Notes: generated by a model from the sequence alone, not told the origin. A stretch of 64,000 nt of DNA from Myxococcota bacterium (GCA_963676915.2 CAXXVK010000043.1:128001-192000), one strand, 5' to 3'. Positions 20,382 through 30,515 are shown, numbered from the stretch's first letter. Numbers and translations: made by a program.

Positions 20382-20448
20382 GTCAATTGATTCAAATGGT
20401 TAAGGAGAAATGTATAGTGAAAAAGGACGAGAGGAAACTTTGTGCCGA

Positions 20449-21204
20449 CTACTTCTTGTTATTCTCCGTTGAAGCGACTTCACACAGGCAATGCTCTTCG
20501 GCTTCGTCATCACATCCAACTGCGATATACGACTCGCCATAGGTGTTTTGGCAATAGTTATCGCAAAACACTGGTTCGTAGTATAGCTCTTCGGAACATG
20601 CAAGCCAGATGGAGTTTTCTACGCAACGTTCGGTTGTTGAGCTACATGAGATAGGTGAGTGTGTATAAATGCATTGGCATGTTTGGTCGCCCAATATGCA
20701 ATATGCAGCGTATAGGCCTTTCTTGTATTTTGCGTCCTCGAAAAACGGGCATTCGCTTTCGTCCCAACAAGATACCATTTGTATTTTGCCATCGAGGCAT
20801 TTCCAAAAGTTGCCCTCGCTGTCGCATCCTAAAGGAGCGTCGCTGTCGCAAGTTGTCTGAACGCAGCTGCAAAAATTGTCAGAGTTTGTTACGTCACAAC
20901 CTTGGGAGTAGTAATCCGTGCCGAAATGTTCCTGGCAATAATCCATGCAGTCGGAATATGTTTCTTCTTTATCTTCGCAATATTTTGCAACTCCACGGGT
21001 GCAGTTGATGAATTCCGAACCGCTGCACATATAAACATCTGCGCCGGCGGGTCTCATATCGTTATCATAATCTTCTTCTCTTTCGTTATCTTCGTTTTCA
21101 CTGCATCCTGCACCTAAAGCGAGTCCGGCTACGAGTAGCAACGTGACGGCTCGTCGAATGATCTTCTTCGGAACCATCCAACTCAGCCAGCAGGCCCGAG
21201 CCAT
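20449..21204 (-). CDS. Cys-rich lipoprotein with internal repeats
   Basis: Lipobox LGAG-C, acidic linker, two clear C..YCQ...G..Y...GCD.....C.C modules; ATG 21204 with GGAG RBS. Confidence 0.75.
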   Translation of the reverse strand: MARACWLSWMVPKKIIRRAVTLLLVAGLALGAGCSENEDNEREEDYDNDMRPAGADVYMCSGSEFINCTRGVAKYCEDKEETYSDCMDYCQEHFGTDYYSQGCDVTNSDNFCSCVQTTCDSDAPLGCDSEGNFWKCLDGKIQMVSCWDESECPFFEDAKYKKGLYAAYCILGDQTCQCIYTHSPISCSSTTERCVENSIWLACSEELYYEPVFCDNYCQNTYGESYIAVGCDDEAEEHCLCEVASTENNKK

Positions 21205-21546
21205 GATGCTTTCTCCCGACTCAGATTTGTACCGGGCGTTGCGGTAGCTTGTCACGATTCGGTGTTTGAAAGGAGTATGGACAGACATCGGAATTCCTCA
21301 AGAGAAAAAGGTTCAATGTTCTCGTATCGTGGAAAATGTATGCGCTTTATATGAGAGAATGTAAAATACACTTGATTGTCAAGAAACAAAGAAAAAAAGC
21401 ATAGCATTTGATAATGCAAAAGCACAAATAAAAACTGGATTTTCCTATGCCCATCAAGCAATCGGCACTGTTCGTAAATGCGCAAAAAAAGCTTGTTCGA
21501 TATCTAAGCGTATGCTATGCTCTTTACAAGTAAATATTCTTAATAT

Positions 21547-24141
21547 ATGAAGAACGGGTTGTGTAGCACCATGAATAATCGCTTGTACATTCTTGGGATC
21601 AATAAGTCTCATCCTTCCAAAGTAAGGAAAGCTGCGGATCAGCTTAAAACATTTTCTGATGCTGATATTAAGGAAAAACAGGCTTTGTTGGCTTTTGGGC
21701 CTGCGGATTTGGTGTTTGCTCTTCGGGTGAAAAAGTACGATGTTGTTGGCCGACTTCCACATATTCCTGAGATTCGTGATACCAAGTACCATTTGCTATA
21801 TGAGTGGATTCGTGATGACCGAAAGATTCCCGATGGGGAAACCTCCGGTCCTTTGGTCGTCTATACTTTCCTAAAGCTCAACCCTTCTCTTTACTATAGG
21901 AATATTCCCAATCTAAGCAAAAGGACGCCTGAAAAAGAAATCGCCGAAAAACTTTTCGAGGAAAAACTTGCGTGGCGAAAGGTTTTTAGAGGAACGAAGT
22001 TTGATTGGTGTCGGCTGTTGGGAAGCCATGGGTGGGCGGAATATCTTCTCATTTCGGAAAGCACCTCAGTTACCCGTGTTTTGAATTCACTGAAAGAACT
22101 TTGCAATCTTACGATCGGTGAATTGGGATACACGAACAACGAATCTAGTGAGGAACCTGTTTTAATCGATTGCTCGTCCCACGTAACGATTAGCGATAAT
22201 ATGTGGAACAGCTTTCTAGAAGAGAAAGAATCAAGCACGCATCGGATTCTCGATGAAGACAACCGGGATCTTGAAAGCAAAATTCTGATTAGTGTCAAGC
22301 CCACTTTTCAAAAGTCTTTGATTGACTCTTTTTACGATAAATTGCCACTGGAAACAGATCAGCAGAGATGTTCGAGCATTTTCGGTAAATGCGATTTAAT
22401 GATTCACCTCCCGGTGTTCAATGGCAAGCCATTGACGTTTTGTAATACTATGAAAGGCATGGTGAATCTTTTTGCCTCGGAAGAGCATATCCCTTCTCAC
22501 AATTTTTCCGTGACAAGATTTTTTCCGAATAAAGAAAAACCGATTGAAACAAAAAATCCTTCTCCTCCATATTATTCACCTCCGGAATTGGAAAAACTTA
22601 AAATCGAGCAATATATAGAAGGCGAAGAATATAAAAAGTTGCTTCCCTTGTTGTTAGGTAAAGAATTGCTTCTTCTGATAAAAAAAGTGATTGAACGTTA
22701 TACTAATTTAAGAAAAAATGTAAAAACATTCGAATATCTTTTTGGTATGGAGAACACTATTGAATGGATGTTTATTCTTTTAAAAAAGGTCAAATCATTC
22801 TATGACCATGGAAAACTTGAGGAAATCCCGAAAATACAAGATGATTTATATAAACATGTTCGTTTTTGTGAAATCTTGATAAGGCAGGCCACACAAGGAA
22901 TTTATGGATTTGAGGAAGATTACGTTGGTGGAAGAGAGTTTAGGGGAGGTCTTCAAACACTTCAAAAAGCAATCAATAGTATCAATTATGAAATTGAATC
23001 AATTTCAGAGGATTGTTTTGGATTGCCATATTTTGTAAGTGTTCTATTCAGTAACGATGCCAAAATGTCATTTGATGAGCAAAATCAAATAGTGCGGTTA
23101 CCAGTTACGTACTCTTTGGATGTTTATTCCGTCGGTGCATTGTACCATGAAGTTGCTGGACATGCTTTCTTTAGTATAGTCGAGAAGTCTAAGCCGCTCC
23201 CTGAAATTCAAAAAACCGATAAAATACGTATGATCGAGGTGCTCAAAAAGAGTTACCCCAGAGAAGATGAACATACCATACAAGAAGATGTGCTTCCCGG
23301 ATATATGCAGCTTATTACTGAATGTCAAATGGATTTACTAGCTCTTATTATTGGATTTCATTTTGATTTGAGTTCGTATGTCGAAGCTCTATTGCATGAA
23401 TATTTCAGTTACCGCATTACAGGGATACTGGAGTCAACCAGTAATCAGCAAGCGAAAAGAAATCGGAGAGAACAAGATGAGAATATGTTGTTTAGGGTTA
23501 TATACTTGAATGAGTTCATGCACTGGGCCAAAGAGGGATTCGATAATGGGCAAGTGCTAAATCTATCTGGGGCACATACATCTAAGGGGAATCTTATCGA
23601 AGTTCGAACGAGGTATAAAAAACTTCTCAAACATCTCAGTTCGCATCAAACAGATAAGAAAATTGGAAAAAAAATCGAAGATCTTTTGAAGATTTCATTT
23701 CCGACAAAACAACATAAGGTTACCCGTGACAGGGTAAATGAAATTACTAAATGGATTCAACAAAAGCTAATCACAAAAGTTTATCCCCAATCAGATTTTT
23801 CAAAGTTCAATGAGGATGAGTATCGCATGGATGATGATGGGTTGAACTTTAAAAATGAAGAATTGTATTTACAGGCTCTTCAACGATCAGAAAAACTCGC
23901 TAAAACGCATAAAATTGTCAATATCGATCCCAATAACAATCTGTTTTTAGAAGTTCCAGAAGATTTCGGACCATCGCAGATCCTTGTTGCTTTTCGTCGA
24001 TTGCTAAGAAATATTGACCAAACATTTAATAATGAAGAGGATCTTCGAATGGTTGCTCGTAATAGAGCCTGGATAGAAACTTGTCAGTTACTGTCGAATT
24101 ATGCTAGGAATTATGAAAAGCGTAAAATGTTAAGTGCTTAG
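21547..24141 (+). CDS. Large AT-rich hypothetical protein with HExxGH (putative zincin-like) domain
   Basis: 864-aa uninterrupted ORF; LYHEVAGH and downstream TECQMD; N-terminal FGPADL / GSHGWAEY / FGKCDL motifs; no signal peptide. Confidence 0.8.
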   Translation: MKNGLCSTMNNRLYILGINKSHPSKVRKAADQLKTFSDADIKEKQALLAFGPADLVFALRVKKYDVVGRLPHIPEIRDTKYHLLYEWIRDDRKIPDGETSGPLVVYTFLKLNPSLYYRNIPNLSKRTPEKEIAEKLFEEKLAWRKVFRGTKFDWCRLLGSHGWAEYLLISESTSVTRVLNSLKELCNLTIGELGYTNNESSEEPVLIDCSSHVTISDNMWNSFLEEKESSTHRILDEDNRDLESKILISVKPTFQKSLIDSFYDKLPLETDQQRCSSIFGKCDLMIHLPVFNGKPLTFCNTMKGMVNLFASEEHIPSHNFSVTRFFPNKEKPIETKNPSPPYYSPPELEKLKIEQYIEGEEYKKLLPLLLGKELLLLIKKVIERYTNLRKNVKTFEYLFGMENTIEWMFILLKKVKSFYDHGKLEEIPKIQDDLYKHVRFCEILIRQATQGIYGFEEDYVGGREFRGGLQTLQKAINSINYEIESISEDCFGLPYFVSVLFSNDAKMSFDEQNQIVRLPVTYSLDVYSVGALYHEVAGHAFFSIVEKSKPLPEIQKTDKIRMIEVLKKSYPREDEHTIQEDVLPGYMQLITECQMDLLALIIGFHFDLSSYVEALLHEYFSYRITGILESTSNQQAKRNRREQDENMLFRVIYLNEFMHWAKEGFDNGQVLNLSGAHTSKGNLIEVRTRYKKLLKHLSSHQTDKKIGKKIEDLLKISFPTKQHKVTRDRVNEITKWIQQKLITKVYPQSDFSKFNEDEYRMDDDGLNFKNEELYLQALQRSEKLAKTHKIVNIDPNNNLFLEVPEDFGPSQILVAFRRLLRNIDQTFNNEEDLRMVARNRAWIETCQLLSNYARNYEKRKMLSA

Positions 24142-24413
24142 AAAGAAAACTTGCGTTTTTTATTCAAATGTTTGAACAAATAGGGAAATATGCTAATAAA
24201 ATGCTATAGTCGATTGACTTTATTAAAGTGTCATGCTTATACTCCAGTTTGCAAGAAGTTGGTCGATCTGCATCTTTAGTGGGATGCAATGGATTGGGTG
24301 AATTTAGTCACTACATTTGAAGTTTCAAAATTGGACAAAACGAGAACACTCTCGTTTTTAATGATAATCATAAGAAGCATTTAACTCAATCAATTCTGAT
24401 GGGAGATAGATTA

Positions 24414-24614
24414 ATGAGAAGCAATATCGATATAGAGCAATGGTTTCAGGAGAATAAAGAAGCTTTTTTAAGTGAAGATTTGACTTCTTCATTTTCGAGA
24501 CAAAAGCATTTATTATCTTCTGCAAAATTGAAAGAAGGTATGGTTTTTACTCAAGAAGAAGATGAAGCGTATGAGTATATAAATAGAAAAATCCAAGAAG
24601 ACCAAACCCTATAA
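24414..24614 (+). CDS. Small acidic hypothetical protein (66 aa)
   Basis: GGAG RBS 8 nt before ATG 24414; same strand and AT-rich composition as the 864-aa gene. Confidence 0.55.
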   Translation: MRSNIDIEQWFQENKEAFLSEDLTSSFSRQKHLLSSAKLKEGMVFTQEEDEAYEYINRKIQEDQTL

Positions 24615-24694
24615 CATCCTCTTGCTCCAGATTTTCCCACCTGTTGATGGAATTCAAAGGCTTAAAATCGAACATTAATGTCCCACGATGGGTT

Positions 24695-25268
24695 TAAATC
24701 CCTCGCCTTTAGGCGAAACCTTTAGGTTTTCTCTTGGTGTGTTGCTACTATGAGGCATGGAAAATTACCGAACAAGTGCGCATACGCGATTCGATCTGAA
24801 GTACCATTTTGTGTGGATTACGAAATACCGGAAGGCTGTTTTGGGTGGAGCAGTAGGGCTTCGACTTCGGGAATTGGTCATCGAAATTTGCAAAGCGAAT
24901 GAGATAGAAATTTTAGAGGGTCACGTATCAAAGGATCATGTGCATCTTTTCGTCTCTTGTCCTCCGAATCTATCGGCGAGCAAGATCATGCAGTTGATCA
25001 AAGGCAAAACGTCACGAAAGTTGATGATGGAGTTTCGTCACATCCAGAAAGCCTTTTGGGGACGGCATCTTTGGGCTCGCGGATATTTTGTGGCCAGCAG
25101 TGGGAACGTAACGGATGAAGTGATTATGGAATACATCCGAATGCAGGAGAAGGGCTCTCCTTCGGATGGAGGTAAAAACTTTCGGGTCGAGGGAGAAGAT
25201 GAGCGATGACTTTAGTCGTCGTTCAGCTTCTATCTTCAAGCCCTCGCCTTTAGGCGAGGGTCGTTGAC
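24695..25268 (+). mobile_element. IS200/IS605-family element carrying tnpA only
   Basis: Subterminal hairpins with shared core CCCTCGCCTTTAGGCGA at ~24700-24716 and 25241-25260, flanking tnpA; right end ...GTCGTTGAC. Boundaries approximate. Confidence 0.85.
24757..25209 (+). CDS. tnpA: IS200-family Y1 HUH transposase
   Basis: YHFVWITKYRK, DHVHLF (HUH), LWARGYF, EYIRMQ (catalytic Tyr). Confidence 0.96.
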   Translation: MENYRTSAHTRFDLKYHFVWITKYRKAVLGGAVGLRLRELVIEICKANEIEILEGHVSKDHVHLFVSCPPNLSASKIMQLIKGKTSRKLMMEFRHIQKAFWGRHLWARGYFVASSGNVTDEVIMEYIRMQEKGSPSDGGKNFRVEGEDER

Positions 25269-25391
25269 TTGCTGATTTGTACAAGCAAATCAAAGGCATT
25301 GGTTCCTTTTCTGGCAAGTCTAAAGAGCGGTTGAATTAATTTGTTTGTAGCAGGTAGAGAGCTTTTCCTGTCTCTGTTGGCTTTTCTCTCC

Positions 25392-26726
25392 TTACAGACT
25401 TCCGCCCGTAACGGCCATGTAGACGATCAGGCTAAGGATCGCCAGCGGTACGATGCCGCCGAGCAGCACGCGCCAGATCTGGACGTAGGGTTTGAAACTC
25501 GGTGCGGAGGCGATGACTTCTTCGGCGGCATTGCCGATTCCCCAGCGGTAGACCAGGAAAATGCACGTCAGCAAGGCTCCGATGCACAGAGAGACGTTGC
25601 CGATGAGGAAATCCATCAGGTCCAGGAATCCTTTGCCTCCAACAATGTCGCTCAGACCGGAAACCGCTCCTAGTGAGAGCGCAGAAGGAATCCCCAACAA
25701 TCCCGTTACGATACAGACAATGATCACGCTTTTAAGCCGTGAAAACTTCCATTCGTCGATGAAATAAGCGGTGACTACTTCGAGCAGGGAGACGGTCGAT
25801 GTCAGCGCTGCTACGGCGAGCAACAGGAAGAAGGCCAGGGCGATCCACTGTCCCTGGGGAATCTGGTTGAATTGCTCGATCATCGTGACGAATACCAGCC
25901 CGGCACCGCCCTTTTCAAGGCTGTGACCGATGACCGGGAAAATAAGAAAGCCTGCAAGAATGGCAATCAGTGTGTCGAATGACACGACCGCCAGAGCGCT
26001 GGTGGCGAGGTTGTCCTTTTTGCCGATGTATGCGCCGTAGGTGATCATCGCACCCATACCCAGCGAGAGCGAATAAAACGCCTGACCGATAGCGTAAAGC
26101 ACCGTTTTTCCTGAAAGTCCGTCGATATCGGGCATCAGGAAATATTTCAGTCCTTCGGCGGCGGTGGGAAGGGTCAACCCACGGATGATCAGGCCGATCA
26201 TCATCAGCAAAAGAAGCGGCATGAGTAGCTTGGCCATGCGCTCGATGCCGTCTTTGACGCCACGGGCCACAACGAATCCGGTCAGTCCCAGGAAAAGAAT
26301 AAGGTAGGAAATCTGCAACGGAGCATTCCCGAGAAAAGCTCCGAAACCTTTGGGGTCGAGATCTCCTGTGGCGGATTTGATTATATAGCCTACAGTCCAC
26401 CCTGCAACCACTGAATAATACGAGAGAATTCCTGCGCCGGTCGCGACGCCCAGCAAGCCGACGAATTTCCAGCGTGGGCTGATTTTTTTAAAGGCTCCAA
26501 CAGGGTTGCGTTGGGTGTGACGGCCAATGGTCAACTCGGCCAGCATGACCGGCAATCCGATAAAAACCACCGCGACAAGGTATAGCAGCACGAAAATACC
26601 GCCGCCGTTTTCCTGAGTGACATACGGGAAACGCCAGATATTTCCAAGACCTACCGCCGAACCGGCTGCGGCCAGAATAAAGCCTAGTTTGGAATTCCAT
26701 TGTGCACGTTGGTTTGTTGCTCCCAT
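25392..26726 (-). CDS. Sodium-dependent transporter, NSS/SNF (LeuT) family
   Basis: LGFILAAAGSAVGLGNIWRFPY, GQAFYSLSLGMG, AALTS..SLLE. Confidence 0.95.
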   Translation of the reverse strand: MGATNQRAQWNSKLGFILAAAGSAVGLGNIWRFPYVTQENGGGIFVLLYLVAVVFIGLPVMLAELTIGRHTQRNPVGAFKKISPRWKFVGLLGVATGAGILSYYSVVAGWTVGYIIKSATGDLDPKGFGAFLGNAPLQISYLILFLGLTGFVVARGVKDGIERMAKLLMPLLLLMMIGLIIRGLTLPTAAEGLKYFLMPDIDGLSGKTVLYAIGQAFYSLSLGMGAMITYGAYIGKKDNLATSALAVVSFDTLIAILAGFLIFPVIGHSLEKGGAGLVFVTMIEQFNQIPQGQWIALAFFLLLAVAALTSTVSLLEVVTAYFIDEWKFSRLKSVIIVCIVTGLLGIPSALSLGAVSGLSDIVGGKGFLDLMDFLIGNVSLCIGALLTCIFLVYRWGIGNAAEEVIASAPSFKPYVQIWRVLLGGIVPLAILSLIVYMAVTGGSL

Positions 26727-26865
26727 ATCCCTGCCTTTTCCGGGCGCCACCCCAAATTCATTCGTTTGCTGGAAGATTAGCTTGGTTTTCGTGAACAGGA
26801 AGATTGTAGTGGATGCAGGCGGCTTGTCAAGAATCCAGGTATAGGAGGGCAATATAAGACAAAAA

Positions 26866-26899
26866 TCGCAGGTCAGGCATACAATAGCCCGACCTGCGA
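26866..26899 (-). terminator. Hairpin / likely terminator after the FAD oxidoreductase
   Basis: TCGCAGGTCAGGC...GCCCGACCTGCGA; the preceding A5 becomes a U-tract on the minus strand. Confidence 0.55.
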
Positions 26900-26928
26900 T
26901 CGTGGATTTTGGGGGTGTTCTGTCCTCG

Positions 26929-28311
26929 TTAGGCGATATCCGGGGTTTCGTTGAAGATCCTGGCGACGGCCCGTGACCAGCGTTTCAGGTGTTTGGGTTC
27001 CGCACGGCGGGGATAGCGTTCGTACAGGCGATACACGAGGTTCATTTTCGCCACTTCGGGCAGCATTCGGCCCGCCAGTGATGGCGCTTTGATGCTGGCG
27101 AAAAGCAGACGGACGATTTCGGACGGAGAAAGCGGTGGCATGTGCTGGTTGATTGCTGCAAACGAGGTTGTGGGGGAATTCAGTCCCGAAAACAGCAGGG
27201 CACCGATGTCCTCGGACGTGAGCGTTTGCGACAGACGGCGGAAAACATCATAGGCGGCGTTGACCTTGCCGAATTCCGTCATGAAAGCGTGTTGGTATCC
27301 CCACATGACTTCCCGACAGCCTGGGTCGAGGTTTTTACGAGCGATCTGGGCAAGAGTCAAACCGGCAATCATTCCGGTACAGATACCGCTAGCATGGGCA
27401 GGGAAGACCTGACAGGCAGCGTTGCCGACCAGGGCAATACCTTCGAGAGCGAAGCAGTCGTACGGGCGGCGCATGGGAATCAAGGCGCTACCGCCCGAAA
27501 TCTTCGGACCGATCCAGGGGCGTTGTGCGAGAAATTCCTCCATCAGTTCCGGTCCGGTTTTGAATCGACCGTCGGCGAGAGAGCCGCAGAGAATCGCGAC
27601 GTGCTCGTGTTCGAAACTGACATTGTACATGATCGTCGAGAATCCACCTTCCACACCGAGGAGGGTGTTGGCCGTCTCGGGTTGGAGGTTTAGTTGTGCG
27701 AGGGCCTCACGAGCAGCGGAAACGTCTGCGATTTCATGCACTTCCTGTGCTGCTGTGCACAGGTGTTTCGAGGCAACCGGCGGGCAGATTCTCGCTAGTT
27801 GCGGCACTTTCGAGCGTAGCGCACCGTTTCTTCCCGTGGCGTCCACGAACAGTCGGGCTTTCAGGTCGAAGCTTTCGGATTTTCCATCCAAAGTCTGGGT
27901 AACGGTCAAGGTTGTCGGACGGTCATTCTCGAAGTGGAATCGTTCGGGAATGGTCTGTTCGAAGGCCGTACATCCTTTCTCGATCGCCAGTTTCTGAAGA
28001 CGAGCGACAAGAAGGCGCATATCGAGATCGTGAAGTGGAGATTTTTCCAGGAAAATCCTGTGCTTGGTCGTTTTGTCCATCATGACGACAGGAAAATCTC
28101 TCGCCATCAACTCGGGTTTGGAGGGCTGATCGATTTCCGCCCGGTCGATCATCCAGGGAGCAAGTCCGTTGCTCCAAGTGGGTCCGGCTTTGTCGAAGGG
28201 CAGGGCGTCCAGCAAAGCGACATTGAAACCGAAGCGTGCGAAATGATAGGCAGTAGCGGACCCGGAGGTTCCCGCCCCGACTACGACGATATCGAATTCG
28301 TTGTTTTTCAC
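26929..28311 (-). CDS. FAD-dependent oxidoreductase, geranylgeranyl reductase/lycopene cyclase-like
   Basis: DIVVVGAGTSG, FVDATG, LVGNAACQVFP.HASGI; GTGA overlap with mnmG. Confidence 0.85.
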   Translation of the reverse strand: MKNNEFDIVVVGAGTSGSATAYHFARFGFNVALLDALPFDKAGPTWSNGLAPWMIDRAEIDQPSKPELMARDFPVVMMDKTTKHRIFLEKSPLHDLDMRLLVARLQKLAIEKGCTAFEQTIPERFHFENDRPTTLTVTQTLDGKSESFDLKARLFVDATGRNGALRSKVPQLARICPPVASKHLCTAAQEVHEIADVSAAREALAQLNLQPETANTLLGVEGGFSTIMYNVSFEHEHVAILCGSLADGRFKTGPELMEEFLAQRPWIGPKISGGSALIPMRRPYDCFALEGIALVGNAACQVFPAHASGICTGMIAGLTLAQIARKNLDPGCREVMWGYQHAFMTEFGKVNAAYDVFRRLSQTLTSEDIGALLFSGLNSPTTSFAAINQHMPPLSPSEIVRLLFASIKAPSLAGRMLPEVAKMNLVYRLYERYPRRAEPKHLKRWSRAVARIFNETPDIA

Positions 28312-30179
28312 GATTTTTGCCTTTTTCTTTTTTCCAAAAACAGAACAAGCGTTGAAACCGCCGCCGGAGTGATACCGCTGATTCGTCCGGCCTGGGCGAT
28401 GGTATGCGGTCGAAAATGCATGAGCTTCTCTTTGACTTCTATAGATAACCCGGCGATTTCACTAACGTCAAGGTCATCCGGAATTCTCATGCTCTCCAGC
28501 GTTCTCATTCGTTCGGCCTGGGTGGTGGCTCGTTCGATATATCCTTCGTACTTCAGCTCGATTTCCACTTTTTCGCGGATCTCGTCGGGAATCTCGCTGC
28601 ACGAAGGATCGATTTCCGGCCAGTCGCGCCAACCGACTTCGGGCCGTCGTAGCAGCCTTGAAAGCGATTGCGTGTTTTGCAGGTCGGGCGAGTTCTTTTG
28701 TTGCAGCAACTGGGAAAGCTCCACCGAAGGGGCGACGGTTACCCGGTTCAACCGTTGGATTTCACGGTCGATTTTCGCTTTTTCTTCTCGGACCTGCTCG
28801 CGGCGCTCTTCGGAAACCAGACCGACTTCGTATCCCAACTCCGTCAGACGAAAAGCGGCGTTGTCTTCCCGCAACAGCAGGCGGAATTCCGCTCGGGAGG
28901 TGAACATTCGATAGGGCTCGTTGGTACCCAGTGTCGTGAGGTCGTCGATCAATACCCCGATGTAAGCCTGGTCACGACGCAGCACGATTTCTTCGTTGCC
29001 GTGAAGCTTGCGGGCGAGGTTGATTCCGGCCATCAGTCCTTGTCCGGCGGCTTCCTCGTAACCGCTGGTTCCGTTGATCTGTCCTGCGCAATATAACCCG
29101 TCGATACGAAACGTTTCCAGCGTCGGTCGAAGTTGTCGCGGGGGGGTGAAATCATAGTCCACCGCGTAGCCGTATTGAACGATTTTGGCGTCTTCCAGGC
29201 CGGGAATGGTGGGAATGTAGCGTTCCTGCACGTCGCGAGGCAGTGAAGTGGATACGCCATTGGGGTAGATCCAATTCGAGTCCAGACCGATAGGCTCGAC
29301 GAAAACATGGTGGCGTTTCCGATGGGGAAATCGCATCACCTTGTCTTCGATGGAGGGGCAATAACGCGGTCCTTGTCCCTCGATTTTTCCCGAAAACAGC
29401 GGGGATCGGTCGATACCTTTACGGATTTCCCGGTGGGTGTCGTCGTTGGTGTAGGTGATGTAACAATGTACTTGGGGCAGTGGATAGCGATCCGTGCGGT
29501 GGGAAAACGGCACGATGCGCTCATCCCCCGGTTGATCCTCCATCTTGCTGATGTCGATGGTATCGCCATCCAGCCTCGGGGGGGTTCCGGTTTTCAGTCG
29601 AGCCAGTTCGAGCCCATGTTCTCTCAGTGATTTCGATAACTTAACCGCTGGTGGATCGCCCACTCGACCACCGGGGGTGATATCCTCGCCGACGTATAGC
29701 AAGCCACCTAAAAAAGTTCCGGTGGTGAGAATGACGCCTTTGGCCTCGACACGCTCGCCTCCATTGAGTCCGATACCGATAACGCGACCGTTTTCGACGA
29801 TCAATTCTTCGGTTTCGGCTTCTAGGAGGGTCAATCCTGGTTGTTGCTGGAGAATCTCCTGCATTTTCGCGGCATACCGCGCCATGTCGGATTGAACCCG
29901 AGATGCTCGTACCGCCGGACCTTTGGTGCTGTTGAGAATGCGGAACTGGATGGCGGTCTGGTCTGCGACGTAAGGCATTTCGCCGCCTAAAGCATCGATT
30001 TCACGAACGATATGCCCCTTGGCCAATCCTCCTACGGACGGATTGCAACTCATAAAGGCGATACGGGAAATCTGAGGAGAAACGAGGGCGCAATCCACCC
30101 CCAAGCGTGCCAGCGCCAAAGCTGCCTCGCATCCGGCGTGTCCTCCTCCAACAACAATTGCTTCAAACCGAGCCGTCAT
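28308..30179 (-). CDS. mnmG: tRNA uridine-5-carboxymethylaminomethyl modification enzyme MnmG
   Basis: VVGGGHAGCEAA, MSCNPS.GG.AKG, LKTGTPPR, GPRYCPSIEDK, AGQINGTSGYEEAA.QG, EPYRMFTSRAE. Confidence 0.98.
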   Translation of the reverse strand: MTARFEAIVVGGGHAGCEAALALARLGVDCALVSPQISRIAFMSCNPSVGGLAKGHIVREIDALGGEMPYVADQTAIQFRILNSTKGPAVRASRVQSDMARYAAKMQEILQQQPGLTLLEAETEELIVENGRVIGIGLNGGERVEAKGVILTTGTFLGGLLYVGEDITPGGRVGDPPAVKLSKSLREHGLELARLKTGTPPRLDGDTIDISKMEDQPGDERIVPFSHRTDRYPLPQVHCYITYTNDDTHREIRKGIDRSPLFSGKIEGQGPRYCPSIEDKVMRFPHRKRHHVFVEPIGLDSNWIYPNGVSTSLPRDVQERYIPTIPGLEDAKIVQYGYAVDYDFTPPRQLRPTLETFRIDGLYCAGQINGTSGYEEAAGQGLMAGINLARKLHGNEEIVLRRDQAYIGVLIDDLTTLGTNEPYRMFTSRAEFRLLLREDNAAFRLTELGYEVGLVSEERREQVREEKAKIDREIQRLNRVTVAPSVELSQLLQQKNSPDLQNTQSLSRLLRRPEVGWRDWPEIDPSCSEIPDEIREKVEIELKYEGYIERATTQAERMRTLESMRIPDDLDVSEIAGLSIEVKEKLMHFRPHTIAQAGRISGITPAAVSTLVLFLEKRKRQKS

Positions 30180-30515
30180 TCGAACTCCTGAACGGTTCTC
30201 CGAAACGAGCGCTATCGTAGCGATGGTACCCCGTGAGTCAACACTTATTGTGCTTTTGGAGCAAAATTGTCCTATTTCACACTATGTGGATCGCTGAAAG
30301 GATGGTAAAAACAGTAGTTAGGAGAAGACTTGTAGGAAAAAACGATATCGTTTTCCATCGTGTTGGACTCTTCTTGCCCTACCGAAGATTTCGGGATACA
30401 TGAGGAACACGATTTAGGGAAATTGGCTGAAAATTCGCGTTTCGGAATACGGCGTTTGATAATCGCCTGTTCAACTTGCCAATACATGCATGTTTTGGTT
30501 GTACCGGAGGATACG

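Noticed and set aside
21398-21521. 10-bp inverted repeat AGCATAGCAT/ATGCTATGCT upstream of the 864-aa gene
   Set aside because: Short, about 100 bp apart, in AT-rich DNA; could be chance.
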